64,000 nt of DNA from the NCBI GenBank assembly GCA_015680685.1, contig MNCI01002555.1:196971-260970 (forward strand), written 5' to 3'. The notes below the pieces were generated by a model. It was not told the DNA's origin and ran no database searches. It worked only from the letters and a program-made list of their open reading frames with translations. Of this stretch, positions 40,179-53,600 are shown piece by piece. Source of the stretch: Gnetum montanum. Its lineage: Eukaryota; Plantae; Gnetophyta. Positions within the stretch are counted from its first letter, which is position 1; each line of letters begins with the position of its first letter. The translations under genes and the position numbers were made by a program.

Positions 40179-43100
40179 TTAGCCAATGGCACTAGGTGGT
40201 GGTGGAGGCTCCTCTTCATCCACCATGTTGCTGGGGCCCACAGCATCACCTAGTGCCTATCATAGATAACAATCACAAAAATCCATAAACAAATGTACAA
40301 TACAAAACTTAACAGAAAAGCCATGACATAAAAATAGAACAAAAAAAACTAACCTAAGAGGATCCCACATTGACCATGTTTGACAGTAAGCTATTAAGTC
40401 CCTCCTCCAAGTGTCAGAGGATCTTGGCCTTTGATAGCCACGTTCAGTCCTCATGCCTGAAGTTAACACTTGTAAGGGTCTTGTCCTTGTCCATGGTGGT
40501 TCATGTGGGTAGCTACATCAAAAAGGTGGTGGTAGATGTCTCCCCTGAGGGCATGGCAATCTCCTACTCTAGGGATCCACTAACCACTAACCACTATGTG
40601 CTGAGCAAATAGCACAAAGGCCCAACTCCCACCAATCGCCTCAATGAACAACTCAAGGTAGAAGGCTTTGATGGACTCTTCTTTGAGCTGATACACATAT
40701 GCATCTCATTCAATCTTGTAGTGTTTCTTATGGTCTTTTTATGTGTGCCCCCACTTGCACACCTTAGTGTTGAAGCTCTTCCACTCTTGGCTCTTTTGGA
40801 CAAGTAGATCCATTTGAAACCTTTTCTTAATAATCTCCTAGGTGGCCTCATTTTTGCCCCATATTTTCAACCAGTACCTAGCATAATCAATCTCTGTGGT
40901 TCACGAGGTACTATCTCCCATGACTAGGCCGATAGGAAATCATAATGGGACTGAAGGTCCTTGTTCTTTGTGCTCATTCTCACCATGGTCTCCTCGAGCT
41001 TGTGCATGCGTTTCCATAGGTGCTCATTTGAGCACATGCAATTCTATAATGCTTTCACACTAGAAAGCATGCACTTGCTAACTACCTCATACACATGGCA
41101 AGGCACCTACTCCACCTTAAGGGGATACTTAAGGATGACATCCACCTTAGCCACCTAGTTTGGATTCCAATGGAGCTTAGAACCTATTAGCATACAACAA
41201 GAAAATCAACATTAGCCATAGACTAAGCATGAAATATGTAAAGCAATTCAAGAAAAACAACATAAATACCTAGTTCAGGATCCACCTACTCTATGTGGTC
41301 CACCATATCCTCTACAATGCCTTCCATGAAGCCAAATTTATCCAACATCTCTACCCATGGCTTCATGCGGTGAGTAGGTGCCAAAGGTGGATCTCTAGCA
41401 GGGACATCTAAGGCTATAATTCAACACAACACAATACTTAGCAATAGTTTAATAGCCAAAGATGCAAAGAGCAAAGAGTAAAATAGATGGTAACTTAAAG
41501 CAGTCACCTAGTAAGCCCTTAGGTGTCAATGCAGGGGGGTCTCCCAGCTACACATTATCAAAGAGGCTAGAAAAATTATCCTTAGGGTGGAATAGCCCCT
41601 CTACATCAAATTGATAGAAGATCCTTGTGACCTTGGGTAGCTCCTCTCTATGTGCTTCCTCCTCCTCAACTTGAGGAGGAGCCACTTTACTATTGTTGTT
41701 GCCATTGCTTCTTTAGTAGCCCTCTTGTCTAACTCACAAACATAGCACAGTAGTATTAGCATAGCATAGCAAGAAAACATAAAACTTATAAATATGAAAA
41801 AAATATAAAACAAATGCATTCAAGACATGTGCTAACTTGCAACAACTAAATAGAAGGTGGGTATCTTGAGGTGGACTCTCTTAATGCCCACCTATCCAAC
41901 TGCAGGGGTAGCCTTTTTTGTTAGGCATGGCCTCTTGATTTTCAACTTGGAAGGTCCCACTGTCTTTGTGATGTACTAGTTGGCCTTGATTACATCCCCA
42001 ATGATCATTAGGGGGCACTCACCCATGCTATCATGGGAATAGTATGACTGTAACATCCCCAGATGAGCCTTTTTTGTAACTGAGTATGACTCTTCAATCC
42101 TTTCTAGGGGGTCCTGTATGCGAGTGGTAGCAAACAAGTGCCTAATCCAAGGCTTGGATAGCGACTTGTGATCCTACACAACCTAATGCCCACTATCTCA
42201 CATCACCAAGAACTCCACAAACCTTCACAAATATGCTACAAAGAATGCAAAGTGAACGTGATACCTCACCTGAAGCTTGTAGCAAAGTCTAGTGATCTTT
42301 GCTTGTAGTCTAGTAGTGATGAAGGAGGCCCAGTTAAACTTGGTGCCCTCCTCCAAAACCTCCCTCATTATCAATGCTTTCTCCACCTCACGGATTTTTC
42401 CTTGGTAGAGAAGCTTCAAAAAGGCATGATCATGAAAAAGGGGGTAGAGCTCCTGAATGTCAAGCACACACACTTTCCTAATCACAATGTCTTTGCAAGA
42501 TTGAGTGGATCCTAGCCACTCCTCAATATCCTCTTTGCATCTTCCTCTCTACTAGCCTTGTCAATAACTAATGGGCCTTTAGAAGGAAGGCCAAAGAGGT
42601 TTTTTCAGAGAAGGCATCGCTAAGGTCTAGGACTACCCTCACTCCATGCACATGAGTGATGAAGCAGCAAGCATCGTTGTTGAAGGAGTCAATAATAGTG
42701 ACCATCTTAGCCACTATAGTGCTCGAGCTAAGGGCCAAGAAGAGGCCCATCAACCCAGCATGAGTGCATGTGAGTAAGTAATAAAAGCTAAGCCAAATAA
42801 CAATCACTTATGTGGAAAAAATGTACTCGATGGAGGTGGTGGTGCAACTAGCTTCCCAAAGTTGGGCTTGCCATTAGCCCATCCCTCATCAAGCAGACCA
42901 TAGGTCTTGCACCTCTTAAATGCCTTTGGGTACTAGGTAGGATAGCTCTCTAAGTCCTCTCTCACTTGCTCAGCCATAGCCTCCCAAAAGTTCAAACTAG
43001 AGGAGAACACCTCTATGGTAGTGCATGTTAAGGTAAGAGCCCCTAGTTCATCATGGAGCCCTTCATCATTGACTTTAAATCTAGCATCAAACATGAGCAA

Positions 43101-43599
43101 TTAGTAGATAGCAAATCTAGCATGGACAATAGCAATGGAAAATAATGAGAAAATAGTAGTATATAGTTCCAGGTGTATTTTGGAACATGGTATGCACATG
43201 CATAGTAATGGAAAGGGTGTTGCTCCTATTGTAACAAGAGAACTTCGGTGTTCCATAGATTCTAGCTAGGGGACAAGTGCCCTTGGGGCCTCAACTTGAA
43301 CCACTTGCTCAACCATCATTGGTCATGGGTTCATCAGACATGAACCTCAATATGTCTCGGTTGGCCCCAAGTAGCAATGTCTCAATGATGGTGGCTGCAG
43401 CCTCCACTGCTAGGTGTGACCAATGATCATATTTAACTACTATAGCAGGAATGTTAGGAACTTAGATGTTCCCAACTGAAACCATACCACCTGATGATCC
43501 AACTTCATATCCAGTGCAAGTGTGTTGGACACGGGCTTAGTCACGTAGCAAAGGATGCTGACAATCTCCATGATGATCAGGATAGGCTTTAGCAACACT
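40179..43599 (-). pseudogene. Element C antisense multi-exon accessory gene
   Basis: VLLKPILIIMEIVSILC...VVWFQLGTSKFLTFLL...LARIY..PKFSCYNRSNTL; EEGTKFNWASFITTRLQAKI; PWVEMLDKFGFMEGIVEDM. Last exon 40256-40179 is 78 nt, the same length as in D. Confidence 0.75.
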
Positions 43600-44957
43600 T
43601 TATTATTGACGACCATTTGGGACATGACCACCAACGAGTGTCCTCGAACAAGATTTAGGTGCTTGCTAGTCTTTGGCAACACCAAGGCCCAGATACCTCC
43701 AAATAGACTCAGTAGTTAATGTGAGTATGTATGTGCAATTGTGAAATATGAAACGATTGCATTGTGTGTAAACTACAAATGACTTATCTTAAAGAGATTC
43801 AACCAACTTTGCCAAGTACTGTGAGTTGTTGAGAGTTCCTATTTTGTTCAATTTCCTAGTCTACGTGGTCCTTATAATACCTACTTGTAACAAATAAAAT
43901 TTTGCAAAAACATTTAAGCACAACTCTATGAATCTACTTCTAATTTTCCCCAGAGAAAGAAATAGTTCCACAAGAAAACTAGAAATAGAGCAAGATTCAA
44001 TGGAAATAGATAGAAAACAAAGCAGATTTGCGCAGACCTCAAATATTTAAACAAGGTAAAATGACACGAGTAAACAATTTAGAATAAAGCTATCCCAAAT
44101 TCAATAACTATGAATTGTTCAAACTTCCACGGCTCAAATAAGCAATTTCTTCAAGACAATCCTACTATGCTACCAAAAAATTGTTGTGTAAACTACCACG
44201 TACGAGACTCCATTTTGGCTAGATAATGGATGTCAACAATTGCATTCAATAGAACCTTCAAAAGACTTGACAATTTTTGATTGAACTACCACGGAGATTC
44301 ACTTTAAAGATAAAAAGAAGCTATTCTGGTCCCATCAAAATACAAAATATTTTCTGAATCCTCTTGACTATTGAATCATTCAACGACATGACTACAAGTA
44401 GAGGCTCTCTTACAACAATCTCAAAAGCAATTCTTATACATTGCATAATAACAAAATTCACTACTAAAATGCTCTTAAGGTTTTCAAACACAAGCGCTTC
44501 TATGGAAAAATTTTAATAGAAATTTTCTATTGGGCAACAAGAACAATAAGAGTAATCTAAAAATCTCAAAATTACTTGCCAAGGATGATACTATCTAAAC
44601 CACTAGCTAGACAATTTAAACAAAATAAAAATAAAACATAACTCACAGGACTATGACAAAGAGGCTGAAATCTTTTCTTTAGTAAGTCATCTTACAAGCA
44701 ATCTTTCACAATTTCTTCTTTACAATGCTCTTCTCCTAAGACTCAAAGTGTGTCTCCAAGTGAGAGCCCAAGTGTTAGCTAGTAGCCTTTCAAAGTGTAG
44801 TATCAATGTCTTCTCCCCAGTATGATCTCCAAAGTGTCTTGTCCTTCCTTCCCCCTGAAGCCTTTTTATAAGGTTGAAAAGGTAGGTAGGTAAGTTACAA
44901 AATATCTTGGGTGGTTATAACCACCATAGAGATAAAAAAGCTGCGAGTGACAAGTGT

Positions 44958-45020
44958 CCCATTCAATTGCCAAGTGTCTTCATTCAATTGCCAAGTGTCT
45001 TCATTCAGTTGCCAAGTGGT
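44958..45020. repeat. 21-bp tandem repeat x3 (CATTCAATTGCCAAGTGTCTT)
   Basis: Visible directly, and as WQLNEDT repeats in the ORF track. Confidence 0.85.
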
Positions 45021-46486
45021 CACCATGGAGATAAAAAAGGTTGCAGTTGACAAGTGTCCCATGTAAGTGACAAGTGGCCATTGTGGAGATAAAGAGGTTG
45101 TAGTTGACAAGTGGCCTTTGTATTGGTTACAATATCATAGAAAATTAAAATACAATCACTAAGTTACATAGAAATACAAGCTATAGTTGCAACTTATTCC
45201 ATACATATATATCCTCTTTACTTTGCTTTTTCTTGGAAATATAGGAGGTGTCGGTTGGATGGTATTATAAAATCATGCAATCTAACCCTCAAAAACACAT
45301 AAACATTTTTACCACAGGGCCTTTGTTTATTAGAGATTTTCTATTTGATTTGTTCTTTGTGAAGTAAAAAAAATATTCAAGCCCTCTGATGATCTAGAAA
45401 CTGCATCCACCAAGAAGCTGGAGTAGAGCTTTGGGAAAGAATGCATGTCGGAAAGCCTGTCAGCATGAACGCTAGAACAAAAAAAGAATAGGAGATCTGC
45501 AAAATCCGAGTTCCCTACAATAGCAAACTACTTACTAGAACCATTTTATTCAAATTTAAATCCTGAAACTCCCCTTTTCGCAACGATCCACTCCAAAAAG
45601 AATACAACTTCCACATGAGATCTTGCATCAGAGAAAAAACTATAAAGAGGGTTATCGAAGAGAATATTGGACAACTTGATGGATCAAGATGGGCACCCTT
45701 GAACTTTGTCAGGAATCAGAAAGAGTTCTGCATAATTTCCACAAAAATTCACAGTTTTGTTTCCTGCATCTCATTTCTCACATGGGTTTACTAACGGTAG
45801 TCTTTTTCTATCTACAAAACCATAGCAGAGCATATGACGCAGTTGTTGACCTGACGAGGGTTTTCTTTGGCGCAGGTTTTGGTGACTTCAGCTTCGGTTT
45901 AGGGGCGACGATGATACTAAGGGAGCTTAGAAATGCATTGTTGCAATGTATCATGCTTTGTTGGAGTAGCTCGTATGTGGTCATGGCAGGAAACTAGCGA
46001 TTGCTATTTCTTGCTTGATTTCCTCAAGTCGTTTTAGTCGATTTTGCGGTTTTGCATTTCCGATTGAATATCACGTGGGTAAGGGTGTAACGGTTTTGTG
46101 GTTCTTAAAATAGATTTTGATTGGTGGTTTACATGATAAATTTCCCATCATACTGATTTTCGTTTTCCCCAAACAAATCCTACCCTACGAGGTGGACAGG
46201 TGTAAGTGACTGCGACGTCGATTCCCAAGGTGACGCCCAAGCCCAAGCCGATGCCGATGCCAATGCCGACACTTTTCATCCTTAGTGGCCACCCATGACA
46301 CCATGTCGCCATCGTCAACATCACCTCCTTAATTGGCACACAGGTGCTGCTAAAGCTAAGCATGACTCTGTTATCCTTGTTGATGTTGATGAACAGATTA
46401 TCAACATCTTCCGTAGGACTCATTGCTCCTTCAAATAAACAGAAAAGGAAAAGAGATGAAACAGCAAAAACCCTAGCACAGAGGGT

Positions 46487-47058
46487 TTAGCCAGAACTAA
46501 ACTTAATTATGGCCTTAGTGCCCTTAGAAACAACATGTTTGGCTAGCTCACCAGGAAAAATGAGCTTCATGGCTCTGAACCTCGCGAGAAGAAAGTGTAT
46601 CGCGCTTGGTGTAGCAAGTGAGCTTGGAAGACGCATTCGCAACTTTCTCAAAAATGTCAGTGGAAAACAAATTCATGATGCTCATGGCCTTGGATGAAAT
46701 GCCAAGATCTAGATGCACCTACTTCAGAACTTTGTAAACATAAACCTTGTAAGACTCCACAAGCTTGCACCGGACTTTGTTCCAGGTTTTCGGCCATGCT
46801 TGCGTTCACCGGATTCCACTTTCACGATCTTTTTGCACCTGGATTTCATGGCCTTCTCCCTCTCTTTTGTCTATACTTCCATTCCTTTGCTTTATAGAAT
46901 TTTCTTTGTTACTGAGTGTCTTTCAAAATATCCAACTTCAACTCTTCTCCCAGATAACTCTATCCTTGGAAAAATTTAGTTTTTCATTGTCTCAACTTTT
47001 CTCTCTTCAGTGACCTTAGCAGGCAAGATGTTTTGTGCAGATGTGAATGAAGACACAT
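46487..47058 (-). pseudogene. H2B: Histone H2B (variant-like, long N-tail) pseudogene
   Basis: Minus strand: [89 protein letters not shown]. One internal stop and one frameshift in the core (46487-~46765), plus a frameshift just upstream. The N-terminal extent is tentative. Confidence 0.93.
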
Positions 47059-47920
47059 AGATATTGAAAAATTTCACTAATATTCTAATGGGACAGTTCA
47101 TACAAACATTTTTTCATGAAAATCTCTAAACTGTTATTGTAGTCCTTGCCATTATTAGTAATATGGAAAATATTCTTGTACTTTATCTGCAAACTCCTCA
47201 AAATATTTTCTACCACAAAGGATCATGTTATACGTAGCAAACCCACTTCTCCATTTCAATAGTTCTATTGAAATATTTTGAAGGTTTCAATTATCTCATA
47301 TCTCTGTTGCATGAAATGGACAAAATGTGCCAACATTTATAATTGCAAGCCAATAAACAAACACAATTTTAGTATATAATGGATGGACTTTGGCAAAAAT
47401 TCATTAATCCATACTTAGTGAAAAATTGACATAACATAGTGTAACTTAGAAAAAAAACCTAGAGCCCCCTGGGCCTTGCAAGTATAGGACATCAACATAC
47501 ACATTTGACATGTTTGGTACTCCCTAGGGTACAACATGTTTAGCATAGTGCTATCATTTCATTTCATGTGTTTGCACATTTTGCATTATCTTAGCTTGCA
47601 CATTTAGCAATTTGGCATTGTTTTGATTTATAAGTTAGACATTATCGCACCCTTAGCATTGTTGGCATTTTTACATTCAGTAGATTTTTTAAAAATCTTC
47701 TAACTCTGGTAGCATAGTTTGAAGCAATCACACAAAACTCTAACTCTAAGCTACCTCTAGGCGCATAGTCCAAAATACCAAATTTTCTAACTCTAGGATA
47801 CAATCCCAGTGAGTGTAGGCCCCCAAAATTTTAAAGAATTTTCAAAAATTCTCTAAATATTGGCTACGCTCCTTGGGAGTGTAGCACCCTTGTGCTCCAC
47901 CCTCCCCTTCCACCCCCCCN

Positions 47921-50010
47921 ACCAAGGGTAAAATGCATTTATATACCCTTGGAGATCACTTTCAATTTTTACCTTCCAGGGAGCATAGCCCTAAAAATGA
48001 TGTTTCTATATATATAGCTACCTACATCGCATCTTCATGCCTCTTACCATCGTGGTTGCTACCATAGTGGTCCTACCATTGTGCCTCACAGCATCACCCC
48101 ATCACACACCTTGTATTATAGGTAGCAATAGTCCCCAAACCCTTGCCTCTACCACATAGAAGGTAAACCCTTATCAAATGCCCCACTTCATGGGTAGTGG
48201 CCTTATGGCCACTACCAAACCCTTGCAAAAAAAATGAACAAAGTTACCCCCATCACACCTTATCTGCAATGTGCCTTCTTGGCTGTCATCAATGCCTTGC
48301 CCTCACCCATGCCTCAAAAAAGCAAACAAAAAATTGAAAAGAGTAGAAACCATCTACTTCCTCTATGACCCCATGGCGACAAATCTTGATAGCCACTACT
48401 AAAATATCCATGTCCCCTCCACACCACACCCACAAGAACAAAACCTCTCAATAATGCACATCCTAGTTGGCCACCACCACTGTCATAATGATGTGTGATA
48501 GGAATGACCCTTGTCATGGTAGGGCACCATGGCAAGCCATGGCCCAAAACCCTCATTCATCAAAAAGTGAAACCCCTACCTAGCATGCACTCCCTCATGG
48601 CAATGATGGCCATAGTGGCCATGGTGGCAGTGGCCCCTACCAAGGCAAGGAACCACCCATAAAACCTCAAAACCTCGAAAATGCCTAAGTGTGAAAGCCC
48701 AAAGGGATAGGAAACAATGACAAAGGAGGTGAGCATAGCAGTGCACTTGGTAGTTAGTGACATTCTCCTCTCCTCCATGCATGCCTACAGTAAGCATTCC
48801 AAGACTCACTCTCCCTCCTTTACGTTGGCTAGGTTGGGGTGTTGGCATCCACTTTGGTACAACATCTTTGGTAGACTATGCTCTTGCAACCGCACTATGC
48901 TCTAAAAGTTCATTTTTACCTTTTGACATTGATAGGTTTACCAAGGGTAAAATGCATTTATATACCCTTGGAGATCACTTTCAATTTTTACCTTCCAGGG
49001 AGCATAGCCCTAAAAATGATGTTTCTATATATATAGCTACCTACATCGCATCTTCATGTCTCTTACCATCGTGGTTGCTACCATAGTGGTCCTACCATTG
49101 TGCCTCACAGCATCACCCCATCACACACCTTGTATTATAGGTAGCAATAGTCCCCAAACCCTTGCCTCTACCACATAGAAGGTAAACCCTTACCACATGC
49201 CCCACTTCATGGGTAGTGGCCTTGTGGCCACTACCAAACCCTTGCAAAAAAAAATGAGCAAAGTTACCCCCATCACACCTTATCTGCAATGTGCCTTCTT
49301 GGCTGTCATCAATGCCTTGCCCTCACCCATGCCTCAAAAAAGCAAATAAAAAATTGAAAAAAGTAGAAACCATCTACTTCCTCTATGACCCCATGGCGAC
49401 AAATCTTGGTAGCCACTACTAAAATATCCATGTCCCCTCCACACCACACCCACAAGAACAAAACCTCTCAATAATGCACATCCTAGTTGGCCACCACCAC
49501 TGTCATAATGATGTGTGATAGGAATGACCCTTTTCATGGTAGGGCACCATGGCAAGCCATGGCCCAAAACCCTCATTCATCAAAAAGTGAAACCCCTACC
49601 TAGCATGCACTCCCTCATGGCAATGATGGCCATAGTGGCCATGGTGGCAGTGGCCCCTACCAAGGCAAGGAACCACCCATAAAACCTCAAAACCTCGAAA
49701 ATGCCTAAGTGTGAAAGCCCAAAGGGATAGGAAACAATGACAAAGGAGGTGAGCATAGCAGTGCACTTGGTAGTTAGTGACATTCTCCTCTCCTCCATGC
49801 ATGACTGTAGTAAGCATTCCAAGACTCACTCTCCCTCCTTTACGTTGGCTAGGTTGGGGTGTTGGCATCCACTTTGGTGCAACATCTTTGGTAGACTATG
49901 CTCTTGCAACCGCACTATGCTCTAAAAGTTCATTTTTACCTTTTGACATTGATAGGTTTACCAAGGGTAAAATGCATTTATATACCCTTGGAGATCACTT
50001 TCAATTTTTA
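47921..50010. repeat. ~1020-bp near-identical tandem duplication (2 copies plus a ~50-bp partial) beginning at an N
   Basis: ACCAAGGGTAAAATGCATTT at 47921, 48940 and 49960; few SNPs between copies; N at 47920. Confidence 0.92.
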
Positions 50011-50214
50011 CCTACCCATTACTATGCTCAATAGTGCTGAGCATAGTTGGGATGAGTGTAGTCTCTAGAGTTATAAAATTTTTGGTTTTCCTAGTAGTCT
50101 CTATACTTAGAAAATTTTAAATTTTTCTTATTGCCCAATGGGCACCTAAGCCAATTTTTCTTCTCTAACGCACCAAACCTCACTCTAAAAAATGTAGTTG
50201 GTGCATCTAACCTT

Positions 50215-50460
50215 TCGCTATGATGTTAAACTGGCACATTTAACCATCCACTACAATGTTAAACTGGCACATTTAACCATCTACTATGATGTTAAAATAG
50301 TGCATTTAACTATCCACTATGATGTTAAACTAGTGCATAACTATCCACTATGACATTAAACTAGCATTCAATAGTCTATTAAGACATTAAACTAATACTT
50401 TTCAGTCCACTAAGACCTTAAACTGGCAACCCCATGGCCTGTTGAGGCCCAAAACTGGCC
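50215..50460. repeat. ~31-bp tandem array upstream of pol (CTATGATGTTAAACTGGCACATTTAACCATCCA-like)
   Basis: About 8 successive units, degrading rightwards. Confidence 0.85.
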
Positions 50461-50609
50461 CACACATTCCTTGCTTCTTAACCTCATTTGCACACTTGGG
50501 CAATTTTATCACATTTTTTTCTTTCAACTATGCATATTGCTCTCATTAAGACAAGTGTGGCTTGACATTTTCTTAGTTGCTTTTGTTGGATTATTATAGG
50601 ATTTACAAC

Positions 50610-53600
50610 ATGTCTATGTACGAGCATATTCATTCACCTCTGGTACTCACCGGGCCACATGGTGATCTCACGCGATGCATTGATTTGCAATGTTTGGACC
50701 TTGAGCCCATAGCCTATGATGAATACATAACATCTATAGATGCACTTCTAGACTAGCCAGACCATTTGATTAGGGCTCTAGATCTAGAGGTAGGTGACAT
50801 CACCAAGGATCCCCTCATTGAAGTCCCTATAGCAACAACTAGTGAAGAGGCTAAAACATTAAAACATAGTTCTTTATTAGAACTTAAACATGCCCAAAGC
50901 ATCACAAGAGTGCTTAATGAAAACATCAAGGCATTCACATGGTCTTATGATGACATGCTAGGCCTCAATCCTGATGTAATGCAACGCAACATAATCCTTG
51001 ATCCCAACATAAAACCAATTAAACAAAAATCCCGTAAGGTTAGGCTTGAGGTGGCATTGGTAGTTCACATTGAAATCACCAAGTTTTACAAAGCTAGTTT
51101 CATCTAGTCCATTGAATATGCAGATTGGATCTCCAACATCATGGTTATGCCCAAGAAAAATAGAAGTATACGCATTTCCATAGACTTCTAGAACCTCAAC
51201 AAGGCAACCATTAAAGATGATTTTCTATTGCATAGTATTGATCAATTGGTTGATACCATGGCCGATCATGCCTTGTTGTCCTTTATGGATGGGTTCTCAG
51301 GGTACAACCAAATTCAAATCAACCTAGAGCACCAGCTCAATACCATGTTCATGACCTCTTAGAGTACCTTTTGCTACACCATGATACCATTTGGACTCAA
51401 GAACGTAGGAGCAACTTATCAATGAGCTATGATGTACATCTTTAGTGACTACCTTTAAGGTTTTCTCAATGATTACATTGATGATATAACAGTTAAATCC
51501 ACGACATTACACAACCACACAAATGACTTAAACCTTATGGTCAAATGCTACTTGAAGCATGAAATTAGGCTAAATCCTAAGAAATGTATCTTAGGCATCA
51601 AGACAAGCCACATGCTAAGTTTTGTAGTATCTAAAGTAGGCATACATGTAGACCTTAATAAGGTTAAGGCCATTAGCAACTTAGCACCACTGGCCAATCT
51701 TAAGGAGCTATGAGGGTTGCAAGGCAAATTGTAATTCATATGATAGTTTATTGCATGGTTGACCAACAAGTTGCTGCTAATGCAATACCTGCTTAAGAAG
51801 AGAGTCCACTTTAAGTGGATAGCTTAATGCTAAAATGCATTTGACAACCTCAAATAGAAGCTGGCTCAACTTCCAATCGTCTACCCTCTGCAAGAAGATA
51901 AACCATTTTACATCTACCTTGCTACCTTAGACACGTCCATTTTCTCCCTGCTTTGCCAAAAGTGGGAGGATGGTACTAAGGTCCTTGTTTACTACCTTAG
52001 CCATGCATTAGTGGCCTATGAAGAAAAATACAATGATGTGGAAAAGACTTTTCTTTCCTTAGTCTTTGCACTTAAGAAGTGGAGGCATTATCTTTTCTAT
52101 AGCCAAGTAAACATCATCTACAAGAGTAATGTACTCTAAGCCATTACAACAAACATTTACAAGGGCGGGCACATTACATGCTGGAAAGTAATAACTATAG
52201 AGTTTGACTTGCATTACATTTCCCAAGCATCAAAAAAATGTCAAGCAATAACCACATAAGTTATGGCCTCACCAGTCGATGATTGAGCAAAGATAGATCT
52301 AGAATTTCCAGACAAGCATGTCACTAGCATAAGGCAAGTGCCTAGCAACTTGAAGGCACTTTTACACTTCAATTATGCTTTAACCTCCCAAAGGGGTAGT
52401 GCTAATATCATAATCATGTTCCCCTCTACAGAGATCTGAGCCTTCATGTATCATTTTGCATTTCCATGTACTAACAACATGATAGAGTACGAAGGTCTCC
52501 TCTAGGGTATCTTAGCAGCTTGTTACCTAGGAATACAAAACCTAGTAATCTAAGGTGATTTTCAACTAGTTGTCAACCAAGTTATAGAGGTTTATGCTTG
52601 TAAAGCCCAACACTTGAAGCCTTATTGTGACTTGGAAAAGCACTTGGTCAAGTAATTTGCAATTTCTTATGTTCAACATATTCCCTATAATGAAAATGAC
52701 ATTGTTGATGCATTATCTATGTTAGCTATAAGCATTGCACTTGAAATATTCTGCACATTACCCACCATAATGGTAGATTGCACTACGCCTATCCCATAAA
52801 CAACCAACATTGCATCCATATCCATAGTAAGCACAACCACACAGTAGAGTGGTACAATAGCATCAAGTCATACATTATATAGGGTGAACCTCCATAGCAT
52901 CTAACCACTACTTAAAAGGATGCAGTGCAGAAGAGATCATGGTAATATGTTATTGTAGGTGATAGAACATTGTGTTGATGATCCTATGATGGCATACTAT
53001 TAACATGTGTTAGTGATAGCAAAGTGTAGATGATCATTGAACAAGTCCATGAGGAACTTTGTAGAGGCCACATAGCACCCAAGGTAATGGCAGCAAAGAT
53101 CAAACTCTTAAGCTACTATTGGCCTAACATGGAGTTTGATTGTGTATCCAAGGTCAAGATGTGTGATACGTGTCAATAACATGGTAACCTAATGCACATG
53201 CCACCTACTGAGCTACATACAACGTAGATCATGTGGCCATTCCAATGTTGGGGGTTGGACATCATAGGATCAATAATGCTCACATCCTCCACAGGGCATA
53301 GTTTTATCATAACCACCATTGAGTACTTTACAAAGTGGGTAGAAGCTATTCCCCTTAGGAGAACAACATCATAGTAGGTTTTCAAATTCATACTTGACAA
53401 CATAGTGTTATGTTTTGGTCTACCCATGACTATAGTCACTGATAATGGACCACCGTTTAGTAGTGTTGATACTAAAGCCTTTTGCAAATGCTTTAGAATT
53501 AAACATTTCTTTTCTTCACCCTACTACCCATAGGAAAATGTCCAAGAAGAGACCAAAAACAAAGTCATCATCAATATTCTAAAGAATATTCTTCACAACA

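Larger units (their letters stand above)
43604..47335 (-). mobile_element. Family A solo LTR, copy 2 (3732 bp), carrying a histone H2B pseudogene in U3
   Basis: Termini TATTGAC (decayed TGTTGGC) and GCCAACA; TSD TTTAT at 43599-43603 and 47336-47340. 43604-~44870 aligns with 54198-~55490. Minus-strand TATAAAAAGG near 44870. Confidence 0.9.

Noticed and set aside
46509-47013. Plus-strand ORFs over the H2B region
   Set aside because: They are antisense shadows of the H2B pseudogene.
50215-50460. CRISPR-like repeat/spacer appearance of the TAAACT arrays
   Set aside because: Units are degenerate tandem copies with no unique spacers, there are no cas genes, and the context is a eukaryotic retroelement.
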